Shown in pieces: positions 9,039-23,213 of a DNA stretch of 64,000 nt. Each line of letters starts with the position of its first letter. Position 1 is the stretch's first letter. The notes under the pieces were generated by a model. The model searched no databases, had not been told where the DNA came from, and saw nothing but the letters and a program-made list of their open reading frames with translations. A program made the translations under genes and the position numbers. Source of the stretch: Strigamia acuminata (taxonomy: Eukaryota). The DNA lies in assembly GCA_949358305.1 (NCBI GenBank), contig OX442314.1:27528001-27592000 (forward strand), read 5' to 3'.

Positions 9039-12000
9039 TCGTATTCGACTCGTTTTCGAGTCGAATGCAAATTTTGCCCTTCTTTGACGCGAAATCGTAT
9101 TCGACTCGTTTTCGAGTCGAATGCGAGTTTTGCCCTTCTTCAACGCGAAATCGTATTCGACTCGTTTTCGAGTCGAATGCGAATTTTGCCCTTTCTCAAC
9201 GCGAAATCGTATTCGACTCGTTTTCGAGTCGAATGCGAGTTTTGCCCTTCTTCAACGCGAAATCGTATTCGACTCGTTTTCGAGTCGAATGCGAATTTTG
9301 CCCTTCTTCGACGCGAAATCGTATTCGACTCGTTTTCGAGTCGAATGCGAAATCGTATTCGACTCGTTTTCGAGTCGAATGCGAGTTTTGCCCTTCTTCA
9401 ACGCGAAATCGTATTCGACTCGTTTTCGAGTCGAATGCGAATTTTGCCCTTTCTCAACGCGAAATCGTATTCGACTCGTTTTCGAGTCGAATGCGAGTTT
9501 TGCCCTTCTTCAACGCGAAATCGTATTCGACTCGTTTTCGAGTCGAATGCGAATTTTGCCCTTCTTCAACGCGAAATCGTATTCGACTCGTTTTCGAGTC
9601 GAATGCGAATTCGTATTCGACTCGTTTTCGAGTCGAATGCGAATTTTGCCCTTCTTCAACGCGAAATCGTATTCGATTCGCTTTCGAATCGTATACGAGA
9701 TGGTCGATTTTTGTTTCCCGGACTTTGATTTGTATTCGAGTTGTTACGAGTTCGTATTTTGATCGTATTCGTATTCGAATCGAATTCGAATCGTATTCGA
9801 ATCGAATACGAATCGAATTCGAGTCGTATTCGAGATGGTCGATGATTTCCACTCGCTCGTATACGCGTTGTATACGAGCTCGTATTTTGATCGTAATCGT
9901 AAACGAATCGTTTACAAGTCGTATACAAGTCGTATACGACGTGTATACACCTCGTATACGAACGAAGTTTGTGAAAACACAATTTCCAAATAAGACGTAT
10001 GTGACTACTATGTGTTTTCATGTCGTAGTAAGTGTCCGGTGGATTTTCCAAACTTCGTTCGTATACGAGGTGTATACACGTCGTATACGACTTGTATACG
10101 ACTTGTAAACGATTCGTTTACGATTACGATCAAAATACGAGCTCGTATACAACGCGTATACGAGCGAGTGGAAATCATCGACCATCTCGAATGCGACTCG
10201 AATACGATTCGAATACATCTCGAATACATCTCGAATACGAGTCGTACGAGTCAAAGTCCGGGAACGGGTCATCGACTATCTCGTATTCGAGTTGTTACGA
10301 GTTCGTATTTTGATCGTATTCGTATTCGAATCGAATTCGAATCGTATTCGAATCGAATACTAATCGAATTCGAGTCGTATTCGAGATGGTCGATGATTTC
10401 CACTCGCTCGTATACGCGTTGTATACGAGCTCGTATTTTGATCGTAATCGTAAACGAATCGTTTACAAGTCGTATACAAGTCGTATACGACGTGTATACA
10501 CCTCGTATACGAACGAAGTTTGTGAAAACACAATTTCCAAATAAGACGTATGTGACTACTATGTGTTTTCATGTCGTAGTAAGTGTCCGGTGGATTTTCC
10601 AAACTTCGTTCGTATACGAGGTGTATACACGTCGTATACGACTTGTATACGACTTGTAAACGATTCGTTTACGATTACGATCAAAATACGAGCTCGTATA
10701 CAACGCGTATACGAGCGAGTGGAAATCATCGACCATCTCGAATGCGACTCGAATACGATTCGAATACATCTCGAATACATCTCGAATACGAGTCGTACGA
10801 GTCAAAGTCCGGGAACGGGTCATCGACTATCTCGTATTCGAGTTGTTACGAGTTCGTATTTTGATCGTATTCGTATTCGAATCGAATTCGAATCGTATTC
10901 GAATCGAATACTAATCGAATTCGAGTCGTATTCGAGATGGTCGATGATTTCCACTCGCTCGTATACGCGTTGTATACGAGCTCGTATTTTGATCGTAATC
11001 GTAAACGAATCGTTTACAAGTCGTATACAAGTCGTATACGACGTGTATACACCTCGTATACGAACGAAGTTTGTGAAAACACAATTTCCAAATAAGACGT
11101 ATGTGACTACTATGTGTTTTCATGTCGTAGTAAGTGTCCGGTGGATTTTCCAAACTTCGTTCGTATACGAGGTGTATACACGTCGTATACGACTTGTATA
11201 CGACTTGTAAACGATTCGTTTACGATTACGATCAAAATACGAGCTCGTATACAACGCGTATACGAGCGAGTGGAAATCATCGACCATCTCGAATGCGACT
11301 CGAATACGATTCGAATACATCTCGAATACATCTCGAATACGAGTCGTACGAGTCAAAGTCCGGGAACGGGTCATCGACTATCTCGTATTCGAGTTGTTAC
11401 GAGTTCGTATTTTGATCGTATTCGTATTCGAATCGAATTCGAATCGTATTCGAATCGAATACTAATCGAATTCGAGTCGTATTCGAGATGGTCGATGATT
11501 TCCACTCGCTCGTATACGCGTTGTATACGAGCTCGTATTTTGATCGTAATCGTAAACGAATCGTTTACAAGTCGTATACAAGTCGTATACGACGTGTATA
11601 CACCTCGTATACGAACGAAGTTTGTGAAAACACAATTTCCAAATAAGACGTATGTGACTACTATGTGTTTTCATGTCGTAGTAAGTGTCCGGTGGATTTT
11701 CCAAACTTCGTTCGTATACGAGGTGTATACACGTCGTATACGACTTGTATACGACTTGTAAACGATTCGTTTACGATTACGATCAAAATACGAGCTCGTA
11801 TACAACGCGTATACGAGCGAGTGGAAATCATCGACCATCTCGAATGCGACTCGAATACGATTCGAATACATCTCGAATACATCTCGAATACGAGTCGTAC
11901 GAGTCAAAGTCCGGGAACGGGTCATCGACTATCTCGTATTCGAGTTGTTACGAGTTCGTATTTTGATCGTATTCGTATTCGAATCGAATTCGAATCGTAT

Positions 12001-13960
12001 TCGAATCGAATACTAATCGAATTCGAGTCGTATTCGAGATGGTCGATGATTTCCACTCGCTCGTATACGCGTTGTATACGAGCTCGTATTTTGATCGTAA
12101 TCGTAAACGAATCGTTTACAAGTCGTATACAAGTCGTATACGACGTGTATACACCTCGTATACGAACGAAGTTTGTGAAAACACAATTTCCAAATAAGAC
12201 GTATGTGACTACTATGTGTTTTCATGTCGTAGTAAGTGTCCGGTGGATTTTCCAAACTTCGTTCGTATACGAGGTGTATACACGTCGTATACGACTTGTA
12301 TACGACTTGTAAACGATTCGTTTACGATTACGATCAAAATACGAGCTCGTATACAACGCGTATACGAGCGAGTGGAAATCATCGACCATCTCGAATGCGA
12401 CTCGAATACGATTCGAATACATCTCGAATACATCTCGAATACGAGTCGTACGAGTCAAAGTCCGGGAACGGGTCATCGACTATCTCGTATTCGAGTTGTT
12501 ACGAGTTCGTATTTTGATCGTATTCGTATTCGAATCGAATTCGAATCGTATTCGAATCGAATACTAATCGTATTCGAGTCGCATTCGAGATGGTCGATGA
12601 TTTCCACTTGCTCGTATACGCGTTGTATACGAGCTCGTATTTTGATCGTAATCGTAAACGAATCGTTTACAAGTCGTATACAAGTCGTATACGACGTGTA
12701 TACACCTCGTATACGAACGAAGTTTGTGAAAACACAATTTCCAAATAAGACGTATGTGACTACTATGTGTTTTCATGTCGTAGTAAGTGTCCGGTGGATT
12801 TTCCAAACTTCGTTCGTATACGAGGTGTATACACGTCGTATACGACTTGTATACGACTTGTAAACGATTCGTTTACGATTACGATCAAAATACGAGCTCG
12901 TATACAACGCGTATACGAGCGAGTGGAAATCATCGACCATCTCGAATACGACTCGAATTCGATTCGTATTCGATTCGAATACGATTCGAATTCGATTCGA
13001 ATACGAATACGATCAAAATACGAACTCGTAACAACTCGAATACGAGATAGTCGATGACCCGTTCCCGGACTTTGACTCGTACGACTCGTATTCGAGATGT
13101 ATTCGAGATGTATTCGAATCGTATTCGAGTCGCATTCGAGATGGTCGATGATTTCCACTTGCTCGTATACGCGTTGTATACGAGCTCGTATTTTGATCGT
13201 AATCGTAAACGAATCGTTTACAAGTCGTATACAAGTTGTATACGACGTGTATACACCTCGTATACGAACGAAGTTTGGAAAATCCACCGGATACTTACTA
13301 CGACATGAAAACACATAGTAGTCACATACGTCTTATTTGGAAATTGTGTTTTCACAAACTTCGTTCGTATACGAGGTGTATACACGTCGTATACAACTTG
13401 TATACGACTTGTAAACGATTCGTTTACGATTACGATCAAAATACGAGCTCGTATACAACGCGTATACGAGCGAGTGGAAATCATCGACCATCTCGAATAC
13501 GACTCGAATTCGATTCGTATTCGATTCGAATACGATTCGAATTCGATTCGAATACGAATACGATCAAAATACGAACTCGTAACAACTCGAATACGAATCA
13601 AAGTCCGGGAAACAAAAATCGACCATCTCGTATACGATTCGAAAGCGAATCGAATACGATTTCGCGTTGAAGAAGGGCAAAATTCGTACTCGACTCGAAA
13701 ACGAGTCGAATACGATTTCGCGTTGAAGAAGGGCAAAACTCGTATTCGATTCGAAAGCGAGTCGAATACGATTTCGCGTTGAAGAAGGGCAAAATTCGCA
13801 TTCGACTCGAAAACGAGTCGAATACGATTTCGCGTTGAAGAAGGGCAAAACTCGTATTCGATTCGAAAGCGAATCGAATACAATTTTGCGTTGAAAAAGG
13901 ACAAAAATCGTATTCGATTCGCTTTCGAATCGAATACGAGTTTTGTCCTTTTTCAACGCT
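9039..13960. repeat. Palindromic (foldback-like) satellite, copy 1: 56-bp hairpin repeats, 551-bp palindromic units, then inverted 56-bp repeats
   Basis: 56-bp unit AAATCGTATTCGACTCGTTTTCGAGTCGAATGCGAGTTTTGCCCTTCTTCAACGCG, about 13 copies on the left and about 5 inverted on the right. The 551-bp period is visible in ORF starts 10012, 10563, 11114, 11665, 12216. Confidence 0.95.
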
Positions 13961-14739
13961 TGGGAAAAGGACTCGAATGCGCCTCCACGTTGCAATGCGC
14001 ATTTGTGTAAACGATGATGGAATCCCCTGCTTAAATACTGGCTATTGCGTCACGTAACAGCAACGTGCCACGTCACGTAATTGCAACGTGCCGCGCTATG
14101 CCACACAATGTGCCGCCGCGATAGGCCATTGAACCCGAATGTGTGTGATGCGAAACGCGCGAGTACGCGCGCGGAGAACGCGCGGTAATGCTAGCAACAG
14201 GAGCGCAACTGCCCAAGAAATTGCTCAACAATAAAAGGCACGTGGAAGCACGTGCCTGAAACAATAGGCACTTCAAATAAAGTTATTGTTAAAAAACGGG
14301 CTTGAAAACCAACAATTACACAATAATTAAGGGGCAAGAAATGAACTTTGCTGCAATGCAAAGTTCTCAAAATACAGAGAAATGAAAGTTACACTTGTAT
14401 AAAGAATTGACAATGTTTGAAACCAATAAAAACTACAAAAACACACTTGTAAAAAACCCAAAACAATCCCAGAATGAATTATTTGACTCAAATTAACCCT
14501 AAAACGGTCTTGGAGGTCGTGCAGACGACAGAGTCGGATCGGAAGGTTGCTAAAACCTGACGCCAAAACTAGCAATGGGACAGCTAGTTAGAAAACAGCT
14601 TTTTCATCAATCATGAACGCTGAAAACCTCACCCAGGGGTAGAAAATGATGGAGAGAACGTTTTCGCCATCTAAAACGGTCTAAAACGGGTCTAAAATGC
14701 CTAAACCGGCGCCTGGAACGTGGCGCAGTTGTTGGGTCA

Positions 14740-15240
14740 AATATTGTCAAAAATCAGTGGAAATTTGTCAAATACTGGCAAAAATCTGCTGAAATTTGTC
14801 AAAAATTGCCAAATTTTGGCGCAAGTTACGTGAGGTTTGCGCGCATCCAACTATGACGAAAAATCCACGCGTGTGCACGCGCGATTTACTGGCGCGTTGG
14901 AAGCGTTAAAATAAATTTTTCCAATGTCTAACACAATTTGCACCGAATTATGGCAATTTTTGACAAATTTACATGGATTTTTGCCAGTATTTGACAAATT
15001 TCCACGGATTTTTGACAATATTTGACAAATTGCAGACAAATTTCAGACAAATTTCAATTAATTTTAGAAATTTTATGAGAAATTTCAGCAAATGTTTGAG
15101 GATTGAGGAAATCTTCTGAAATTTGTCAAATATAGGCAAAAATCTTCTGAAATTTGTCAAATACAGGCAAAAATCTGCTGAAAATTGTCAAAAATTGCCC
15201 AAATTCCGTGCAAGTTTTGCAAGTTTTGCGCGCATCAAAT
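14740..15240. repeat. Degenerate AAATTTGTCAAA subrepeats in alternating orientation (also in copies 2 and 3)
   Basis: GAAATTTGTCAAA blocks near 14760-14810 and 15118-15195 flank reverse TTTGACAAATTT blocks near 14958-15050. Confidence 0.7.
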
Positions 15241-15969
15241 CGTATGCGCGCCTATACTATTGCACGAGCGCATTGACGCGTGATGAACACCGATTACGTT
15301 TACGAAGTGAATTCGAGCTACAAAAGTATCGAGTCGCCATTCTATGATGGAAAAAAAAAATTAAGTGTAAACAAACAAAATAAAAACTTTAATATACAAG
15401 AAACGTACAATTCCACTCAACTTTGTTTCAAATTTTATTTATTGGATCATTGAAAATAAACAGTAGTGTTGTGCACTGTACGCTTAAGTGTTTACCGGCG
15501 ATGCGTTGTTTTGTGGTGGGGATTTGCCTCGATAATTGATCTTTTCTCTTTGTTTGCAATATTTTTTTGGCCTTTTTTGTTGATTTTTCGGTTTGAAATT
15601 GTTTTTTTTCCGGTGTAATTTAAGTGGTGGAAGGTTGTTGGGGTGTGTTGAGGGTAATTTTGGCGGTTTTTGGGTCGGGATTAGTGTTTTCTGCGATTTT
15701 TGATCGGTATTTGGGGTAACGCATGCGAATCGCCGTCGATGCGTCGACCGTAGCAAGTGTGGTTGAAGTGATTTCGTTCATTCGTTATTTTAATGAAAAT
15801 TAGGTATTTATTGTGACCACACGAGCACGTAGCAAGTGCGCGCGCAAGTTAAATGTGTAGAGGCCTGTGAGAAAATAAAACGTGCGTGGAAGCGGCGTAA
15901 ATATTCTTTGGTGACTGCCATGGGTTTGTGCTTTGTCGTGGGCGCGATATGTCTGCGATATATATGCGT

Positions 15970-16361
15970 TAGGGATGAGAACGGGACCAATTTTCGGGTC
16001 CCGACCCGTCCCGGGTCCATTACGTTAGCGTAATACGCGCGTATGATTGCATAATTGAAATAAATCAGTATTAAGCCTAATATTAGGCCTAATAATGCTA
16101 AAATAAAGTAAAGAAACAACAATATTTTGGTCATACAGTGTAATTTACTTTTAATAATGAGTTTGTTGTTGTTGTTTATTTACTTTATTTTAGCATTATC
16201 AGGCTCAATATTAGGCTTAATAGTGATAAATAACAACTGGAATTAGAAAATTGTCTCCGCCTCGCAGTACGAATTTAGCAACTGTAATCCCGTCCCGTCC
16301 CGTATCCGCATAGGGCAAACATTACCAGTCCAGTCCCTATCCCGGTCCGTTCTTATCCCTA
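15970..16361. mobile_element. hAT-type MITE nested in unit copy 1
   Basis: TIRs TAGGGATGAGAACGGGACC and GGTCCGTTCTTATCCCTA. Perfect 8-bp TSD ATATGCGT at 15962-15969 and 16362-16369. Internal inverted AT-rich arms. Confidence 0.85.
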
Positions 16362-17619
16362 ATATGCGTGATGTAGCGCGTTTGCGCGCGCGATCTAGTG
16401 CGTTTGAGCGCGCGATGTAGCACCTTGAGCGTGTCCAAATGTGTACAGGTGCTCAAAAGATGTGCGAGGGCTTCACGTGCATACACGAAGCATAAACGTG
16501 AAGAAAACAGCAGAAGCAGTTGTGTGTGATATTTATAAAACCACATCACACAAGGGAATACTACTAATGATACAAAAAGCAATAAACTTTATGAATATTG
16601 AAATAAACTTACAAAATGGTGGAAAAAACATGGCGTACTGCCTTGAATATATGCCGGGATGTTATCAATCTTCCGGGCCCCATGTGTGTTTGATTTTAGT
16701 CCTAATTTTGGTGTATTTTTTTTTTTTTGCCTTGGTTTTTCTCGTTTCTTGGAGAGTGCTGAGGCATGCCGAGGTGTTCTCGGGCGTGTGCGCCTGTTGA
16801 AGATCGAGCGTTTCATATTTTGTGTTTAATAAGCCTACCGTGGTGCCTCGAGCGTTTATTAATTTCTCCACTCGAGGCACTTCACTAACACCTCCCCGGT
16901 GTTTAAACGAGTAGCGGCGCTTATTTGACCCCGGTGTTTACTGTTTAAAATTGTCGTGTGTTTTCAAAGTTCTTAATTTGTTTAAAAGCAAACAAAATGG
17001 ATATTTGTTAATTTTTATTTGATTTTATCAATTTCTATTGGTTTCTTGCTGATTTTTAATCGGTTTTTCTCTATTTGTGACAATTTTTGCCAATTTTAAT
17101 CGTTATTTGTCATTCTGAATTGATTATTGTCCGATTTCAGTCGATTTTTGTTGATTTTTAATCATGTTTGTTCGTTTTTAATCAATTTTTGTCCCATGCC
17201 TTACGATCAGTTCGAATAATTGACACCATACTGTGCTGTTACTCGTATTCAAGATGGCGTCGCAAACTCAAGGCCGAATTCCGCTGATTTCATTTATTGC
17301 GACTGTTTGCGCTCCATACGTGTGAAAAGGATTATGGGAAAAATCCTCAATGCAGGCCATTTTGGTGTTAAATGAGCGAGGAAGGCAGGAGATGAGAAAA
17401 ATTTGTAAAATTTCAAAAAAAAGCTAAACAATCAAAATTTACATGAAGATCAATATTTCTGGCTCGAAATGCATGTATCAGCAATTTCGGGATATTTTCG
17501 GGGTGAAATTGACTCGTTCGGAACACTGGGAAGGAACCCCACCCCGCATTCCCCATGCGTCGGCGCGCGCGTAGACGAAAATTCAAATCCAGGTGTTCAG
17601 ACGGCCCCACGTTATTTTC

Positions 17620-20600
17620 GGGTTCCAAGTTGGGTTTCACAAATGTACCGTATTGCCTCGAATAAACGCCGGGACGTTTATTAAACTTCTCGTGTGTGTT
17701 TAATTTTGATCCGCATTTAACTGTTTTTTTTTTCACCGAAAGTTACTTCATTTTTTATTAACATGGAAAAAAAATGAACCTTTACAAAATACTAATAATA
17801 ACGTTATAATAAGCAGTTACAATTGAAATTAAAACAACATTTTTTTTTTAATTAGAAACCAAAGCAGAATCATCCCTAAATTCTGACACGGCGTTGTCAA
17901 ACAAACAGTTGGCGCCAAAACGAGAAATTAGGCAACAAAACATTTTGAATGCTACAAAAACACATTAAATAACCATAAAACAAATAAAAATAAATACAAC
18001 AGCTAAACCAAATTGTAATAAACAAGACAGCAAAGTGCGGGAGTGAGTGACAACGCCAAAAAAACGCCCGAAAACGCCCCAAGAACGCACCAAAACGCCC
18101 CAAGAACGCACCAAAACGCCAGATAACCGTGCAACTTGAGGCAAAAAACATGCAAACATAATTTTTTGCTTTGAGTGGCACGATTTTCAGGCTTTTTGGA
18201 GCATTTTGAAGCGTTTTGGGGCGTTTTAGAACGTTTTTGCTTATTTTTTAGCATTCTCATGCGAGCTCGCGCGTGCAGGCGAGAAAAAAACAAACTTATT
18301 TCTTCAAGAGTTAAAAAAAAAATAACCCTAACCAGGAAATTACTGTAAAAACAACGGCTTGCCTCGAATAAACGCCGGGGCGTTTACTAATTTTCAAGAC
18401 TGGAAGTGAGGCGAGATGTTGTTTGCTTTATTTGTTGAAACAAATTAGGCGTCACTAATTCACCTGTATTAGGGTTTCGGTTCTGAGAAACCGGACGAGG
18501 AGTCACAATAACGGGACACGGGAAATTTCAAAACTTACCGGTTTCGTCAAAACGCCATTGAAACGTTACATTTTTATAGCGTGTCAATGATAAAAATGGT
18601 CATTTTGGATGAAAAACGGCCATTTTGGATGAAAAATGGCCACTTTTACTATAAAAAATGGCTGAAAATGGCCATTTTTACTATGACAAATGGCTGAAAA
18701 TGGCCATTTTAATAAAAAAAGGCCATTTTTACTTCGAAAATTGGCTAAAAATGGCCACTTGAGTGAGTGACAATGCCAAAAAACGCGTGCAAACGCCTGC
18801 GAACGCCCCAAAACGCCCCAAAACGCCAGATGACAATGCAACTTGAGGCATAAAACTTGAAAACACAATTTTAAACGTCACAAAAGTTGAAACAAAGATG
18901 AAAAATTAATTTTTTGCCTCAAGTTGCGCGATTTTCAGGCCTTTTGGAGTGTTTTTGAGCATTTTTTGGCGTTCTCAGCGGCGTGTTTGCCTCAAATAAA
19001 CGCCGGTTTAAACAAAAAATGACGTCATTTTTGGTTTAAAATTGAAGTAAAACACAAAATATTTTAGTTTTTAAATGCAACTGGTCTAAATTTTGTCAAA
19101 TGTTGTCATACTTCTTGAAAGTCATCATTTATTGATAAAAAATTTGAAAATTTACCTAATTGTAGCATGTATTTGTGGTTAGTTTTGATTTGAATTCAAA
19201 CTGTAATTTTTTGCTTCGAGTTGCGCGATTTTCAGGCGTTTTGGGGCGTTTTTGAGCTTTTTTTGGCGTCCTCGGGCGAGCTCGCGCGTGCACGTCACAA
19301 GTAACCCTAATCAGGAAAGAACCTACAAAAACTATGGCTTGCCTCGCATAAACGCCGGGGCGTTTATTCATTTTCAAAAAGACAAATGAAATGGATAAAT
19401 AAAGAAATTAGCGGGGAAATCCAGCATGGCGCCCACTTCAAATCCGCTAGAGCGGCAAAACACGACATTTGAATTTCAACACAAGAATAAAATCAAGAAT
19501 ACACACTGTATTGAATAAAATAACATTAGGAAATGTAATTTCCTACAACAAAAGCACTATTTATTAAAAGAACACTTGAAAATAATCGTTTGCCGAACGG
19601 AATGAACTCGGTCAGCAGCGCACAAGTGCGTACCGACAACGAACGCTCGAAACGACAAAACGACCGTTCCGGGACAAAAATAAAGCAAACCAATCGACAG
19701 ATCACCCCCAAATTAGTCTAAATCAATTCTAAAACCTATCCATAACACAAGAATAAGGTCCAAACAAAAGGTTAGAAGTTTGAACACAACCGAACTAGAT
19801 TAAGAAATATGACGTCACGCGTCTTACGCAAGTGATCTGTAAATCGACGAATGCACTAAAAATCATCCAAAATCACACAAAATGAGCAAGAATTAAAGAA
19901 ATAAGACACAGAGAAGTAATAAAACTTTAAATAGCAATGAATAAAGATAATATCAATATCATAGACACTAAAATTCATGAAAACACTGTAACTTTTAATA
20001 AATCACAAAAAATGAAAGTTTAATATGTAAAAATATCTAAAAAGCTGAAATTCAAGAAAAGCAAAAATTAAAGACACTTTGTTAACTTTAATTAAGACAA
20101 TAAATGACATAAAATCCGGACACAACAATTATTCCATTTTGGATGAAAAACGGCCCTTTTGGATGAAAAACGGCCATTTTGGATGAAAAACGGCTAAAAA
20201 TGACCATTTTTCTATGAAAAATGGCTAAAAATGGCTAAAAATGGCCATTTGATTGAATGACAACGCCAAAAAACGCCCAAGAACGCCCGCAAATGCCTAA
20301 AAATGCCTAAAAACGCCCCAAAACGCAAAATGACAATGCAACTTGAGGCAAAAAACATGAGAACACAATTGTAAACGTTACAAAAGTTGAAACAAAAATA
20401 AACAATTAATGTTTTGCCTCGAGTTGCACGATTTTCAGGCGTTTTGGAGTATTTTTTGGCGTTCTCAGGCGTACTCGCGCGTACACGTCACTGCCGAGTA
20501 AAAAAAACATACTTATTTCTTCAAGAGTTAAAAAGGAAGTAACCCTAATCAGGAAAAAAAATGCAAAAACAATGGCTTGCCTCGAACAAACGCCAGAAGT

Positions 20601-21860
20601 GAGGCGAGATGTTGTTTGCTTTATTTATTAAATCAAATTAGGCGTTGCTAATTCACCTGTATCTCTTAGTTCGACGTAAGAACACGCGCTTTTTTTAAAA
20701 TGAAAGCCCAAGTTGGGTTTCATAAACGTACCGTATTGCCTTGAATAAAAGCCGGGGTGTTTATTAATTTTTAAGACCAGAAACGAGGCGAGATCACGAC
20801 TCAAGATTAAACGAGAAGAAATAAACGTGTTTCTTCTAAAGGAAGTAACCCTAATCAGGAAAAACTTACATAAACAATGGTTTGCCTTGAATAAACGCCG
20901 GGGCGTTTATAAATTTTCAAGACGGGAGGCAAGGTGAGATGATGATGCGGTGCGACGCGAATAAAAGCCCAAGTTGGGTATTGCCTCGAATAAACGCCGG
21001 GGCGTTTATTAATTTTCAAAACCGGAAATGAGGCGAGATCAAAACGCCATTGAAACGTTACATTTTAATAACGTTTCAACGATAAAAACGGCCATTTTTG
21101 ATTAAAAAAACGACTAAAAATGGCCATTTTACTATAAAAACGGTGAAAAAAAAACATTTTTACTCTGAAAAATGGCTAAAAATGGCCATTTTGACGAAAA
21201 ACGGCCATTTTTACTACGGAAAATGCTAAAAATGGCCACTTGAGTGAGTGACAACGCCAAAAAACGCCTGCGAACGCCTGCGAACACATAAAAACACTCC
21301 AAAACGCCAGATGACAATGCAACTTGAGGCAAAAAACATGAGAACACAATTTTAAACGTCACAAAAGTTGAAATAAAGATGAAAAATTAATGTTTTGCCT
21401 CGAGTTGCGCGATTTTCAGGCGTTTTTGAGCGTTTTTTAGCATTTTTTGGCGTTCTCAGGCGTGCTCGTGTGTACACGTCACTGCCGAAGAAAAAAACAA
21501 ACTTATTTCTTTTAGTTAAAATGTATTTCAAGCTTTAACAGGGGTTTAAACAGGAAATGACATCATTTTTAGTTTAAAATTGAAGTAAAACACAAAATAT
21601 TTTAGTTTTTGAATGCAACTGATCCACGTTATGTCAAATGTTTCCATTACTTCTTGAAAGCCAAAAAATTTGAAAATTTAGCTAATTTCAGCATGTATTT
21701 GTAGCTAGTTTTGATTTGAATACACACTGTAATGTTTTGCCTCGAGTTGCGCGATTTTCAGGCGTTTTGGGACGTTTTGGAGCAAAAAAAACAAACTTAA
21801 TTCTTCAAGAGTTAAAAAGGAAGTAATCCTAATCAGGAAAAGCCCACAAAAAACAATGCA
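17620..21860. repeat. Mosaic of diverged modular subrepeats (also in copies 2 and 3)
   Basis: Recurring modules AAAATGGCCATTTT, GAGTGAGTGACAACGCCAAAAAA, TGCAACTTGAGGCAAAAAACATG, GTAACCCTAATCAGGAAA and TTGCCTCGAATAAACGCCGGGGCGTTTATT. Confidence 0.8.
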
Positions 21861-23213
21861 AGATCACGCGGTACGACGCACGGACTCCCAGCGCACGGAA
21901 TGCACGGACTTTCTGTGGACTTTCCGTGCACGGAAGACCGGCGCGGACATTTCCATTGGAGACCAGCGCAGAATTACCTACAGGCAATTCCGAATCAAAG
22001 GCTTCTTTATGGTTTATACATTACTTTGCAGTAGGTATGCCTGGCCTTGATTTGAAAGTGCAGTAAATTCTGCTGAATGCAGTGTTTTAAACTCGCAGCA
22101 ATTGCGATGGTGCCAACTATTGGAAAATAAATTTAAAATGTAAAACCAAAGAATTTGTAAAAAAAATTTGTTTTAATCAATTGCAATAATGATATTCTAC
22201 TTAATTGTTGGATTATGAAACGTGAAACCAATCCCATGATTAGGAAATATAAATTTTATTAAATTCATCGTGTATCTCACATCTCACATTCACTGCCATT
22301 TACTTAGTGTCATCCAAAAATCAGGTTTTATCAAATCCTGAGGTTATTCTAGTACGTCTTAACTGCCCGGCAGGTCGCGCAACCTGTGGAGCAACAATTG
22401 ATGTAAATAGTGCAAGCAGCACGCACGGGAAAGTGCGCACTGATGGGTCCATGCCAGTGCAAGTACATTGGGTAATGTATTATTGCGAGCGCGCGTGTTT
22501 TCACACGATTACAATGTGCTGATTAAACCAACAGCATTATAGAAGCATTATAGACTGATTATATTGTATAATTTTTATTTTAACAAAACCCTGAATTTCA
22601 TTTCTAATCGGTTTTTTTTTTTATTGACGCGCACAGAAGCGTTGTAGCATGTTCACACAATGTGGAATTTGCAAATTTGAGAAAGCGGCTTTCCCAAGGT
22701 TGATAAAACGCGCGCGATCGTGCGGAATATACAAATAAGTGAAATCCGCAAAATCAGCCATGAGACTGCGAACAGGGGGTCAAGGTATAGGCCGCCGTAA
22801 TGTTAAAAATAGGGTCCCTTTCGCACTCCGAGAAATCCGCATGCGCGCCATAACCTTTTCGCGGATTGGCTTCCGTGAAATCCGCATTTCGGGGGCGACT
22901 ATTCTGGGGATTCCGGGTGGACCAAACTCTTCCGGAAAACGTCCGGGGTGGTGTTGGGAGTGTCAATAGACTGTTTTGTGTCAAGGTTGTCAATTTTCAT
23001 GTGAGTATTGGAAGGTTCATTTCTGCACATTCTCATGTATTTTTTTTCACAGGAGCGACAAGGAGCGATGAAGCGGGATCGAGCGAGAGTGGGTAAAATA
23101 AACTGGTTTACGTCTCCAATGCGCGTTCAAGATGGAATACGAACTCGGAATCGACTCCAACACGCGTTCGCGTGACATACGGACGCATTCACGACCCAGA
23201 TCAAAAAATGATC

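Larger units (their letters stand above)
8679..22853. mobile_element. Large non-coding repeat unit, copy 1 (14,175 bp), probable non-autonomous DNA element
   Basis: Begins CCTTTTCGCGG and ends GCGCGCCATAA (terminal GG missing). Near-identical to copies 2 and 3, as shown by matching ORF tracks at fixed offsets. No credible protein. Confidence 0.8.

Noticed and set aside
9039..9690. CRISPR-like array of palindromic repeats
   Set aside because: The sequences between hairpins are near-identical rather than unique spacers, there are no cas genes, and the context is eukaryotic.
8957..14002. Many overlapping ORFs of up to 383 aa in the satellite (and in copies 2 and 3)
   Set aside because: They are open in several frames on both strands because the repeat is poor in stop codons, and the translations are repetitive with no domain signature.
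18323..21840. Telomeric TAACCCTAA motifs
   Set aside because: They are isolated single occurrences within a longer subrepeat, not tandem telomere arrays.
14073..22522. Short ORFs (60-120 aa) in the non-satellite part of the large unit
   Set aside because: Low-complexity K/F-rich translations of AT-rich repeats, with no consistent strand or domain evidence.
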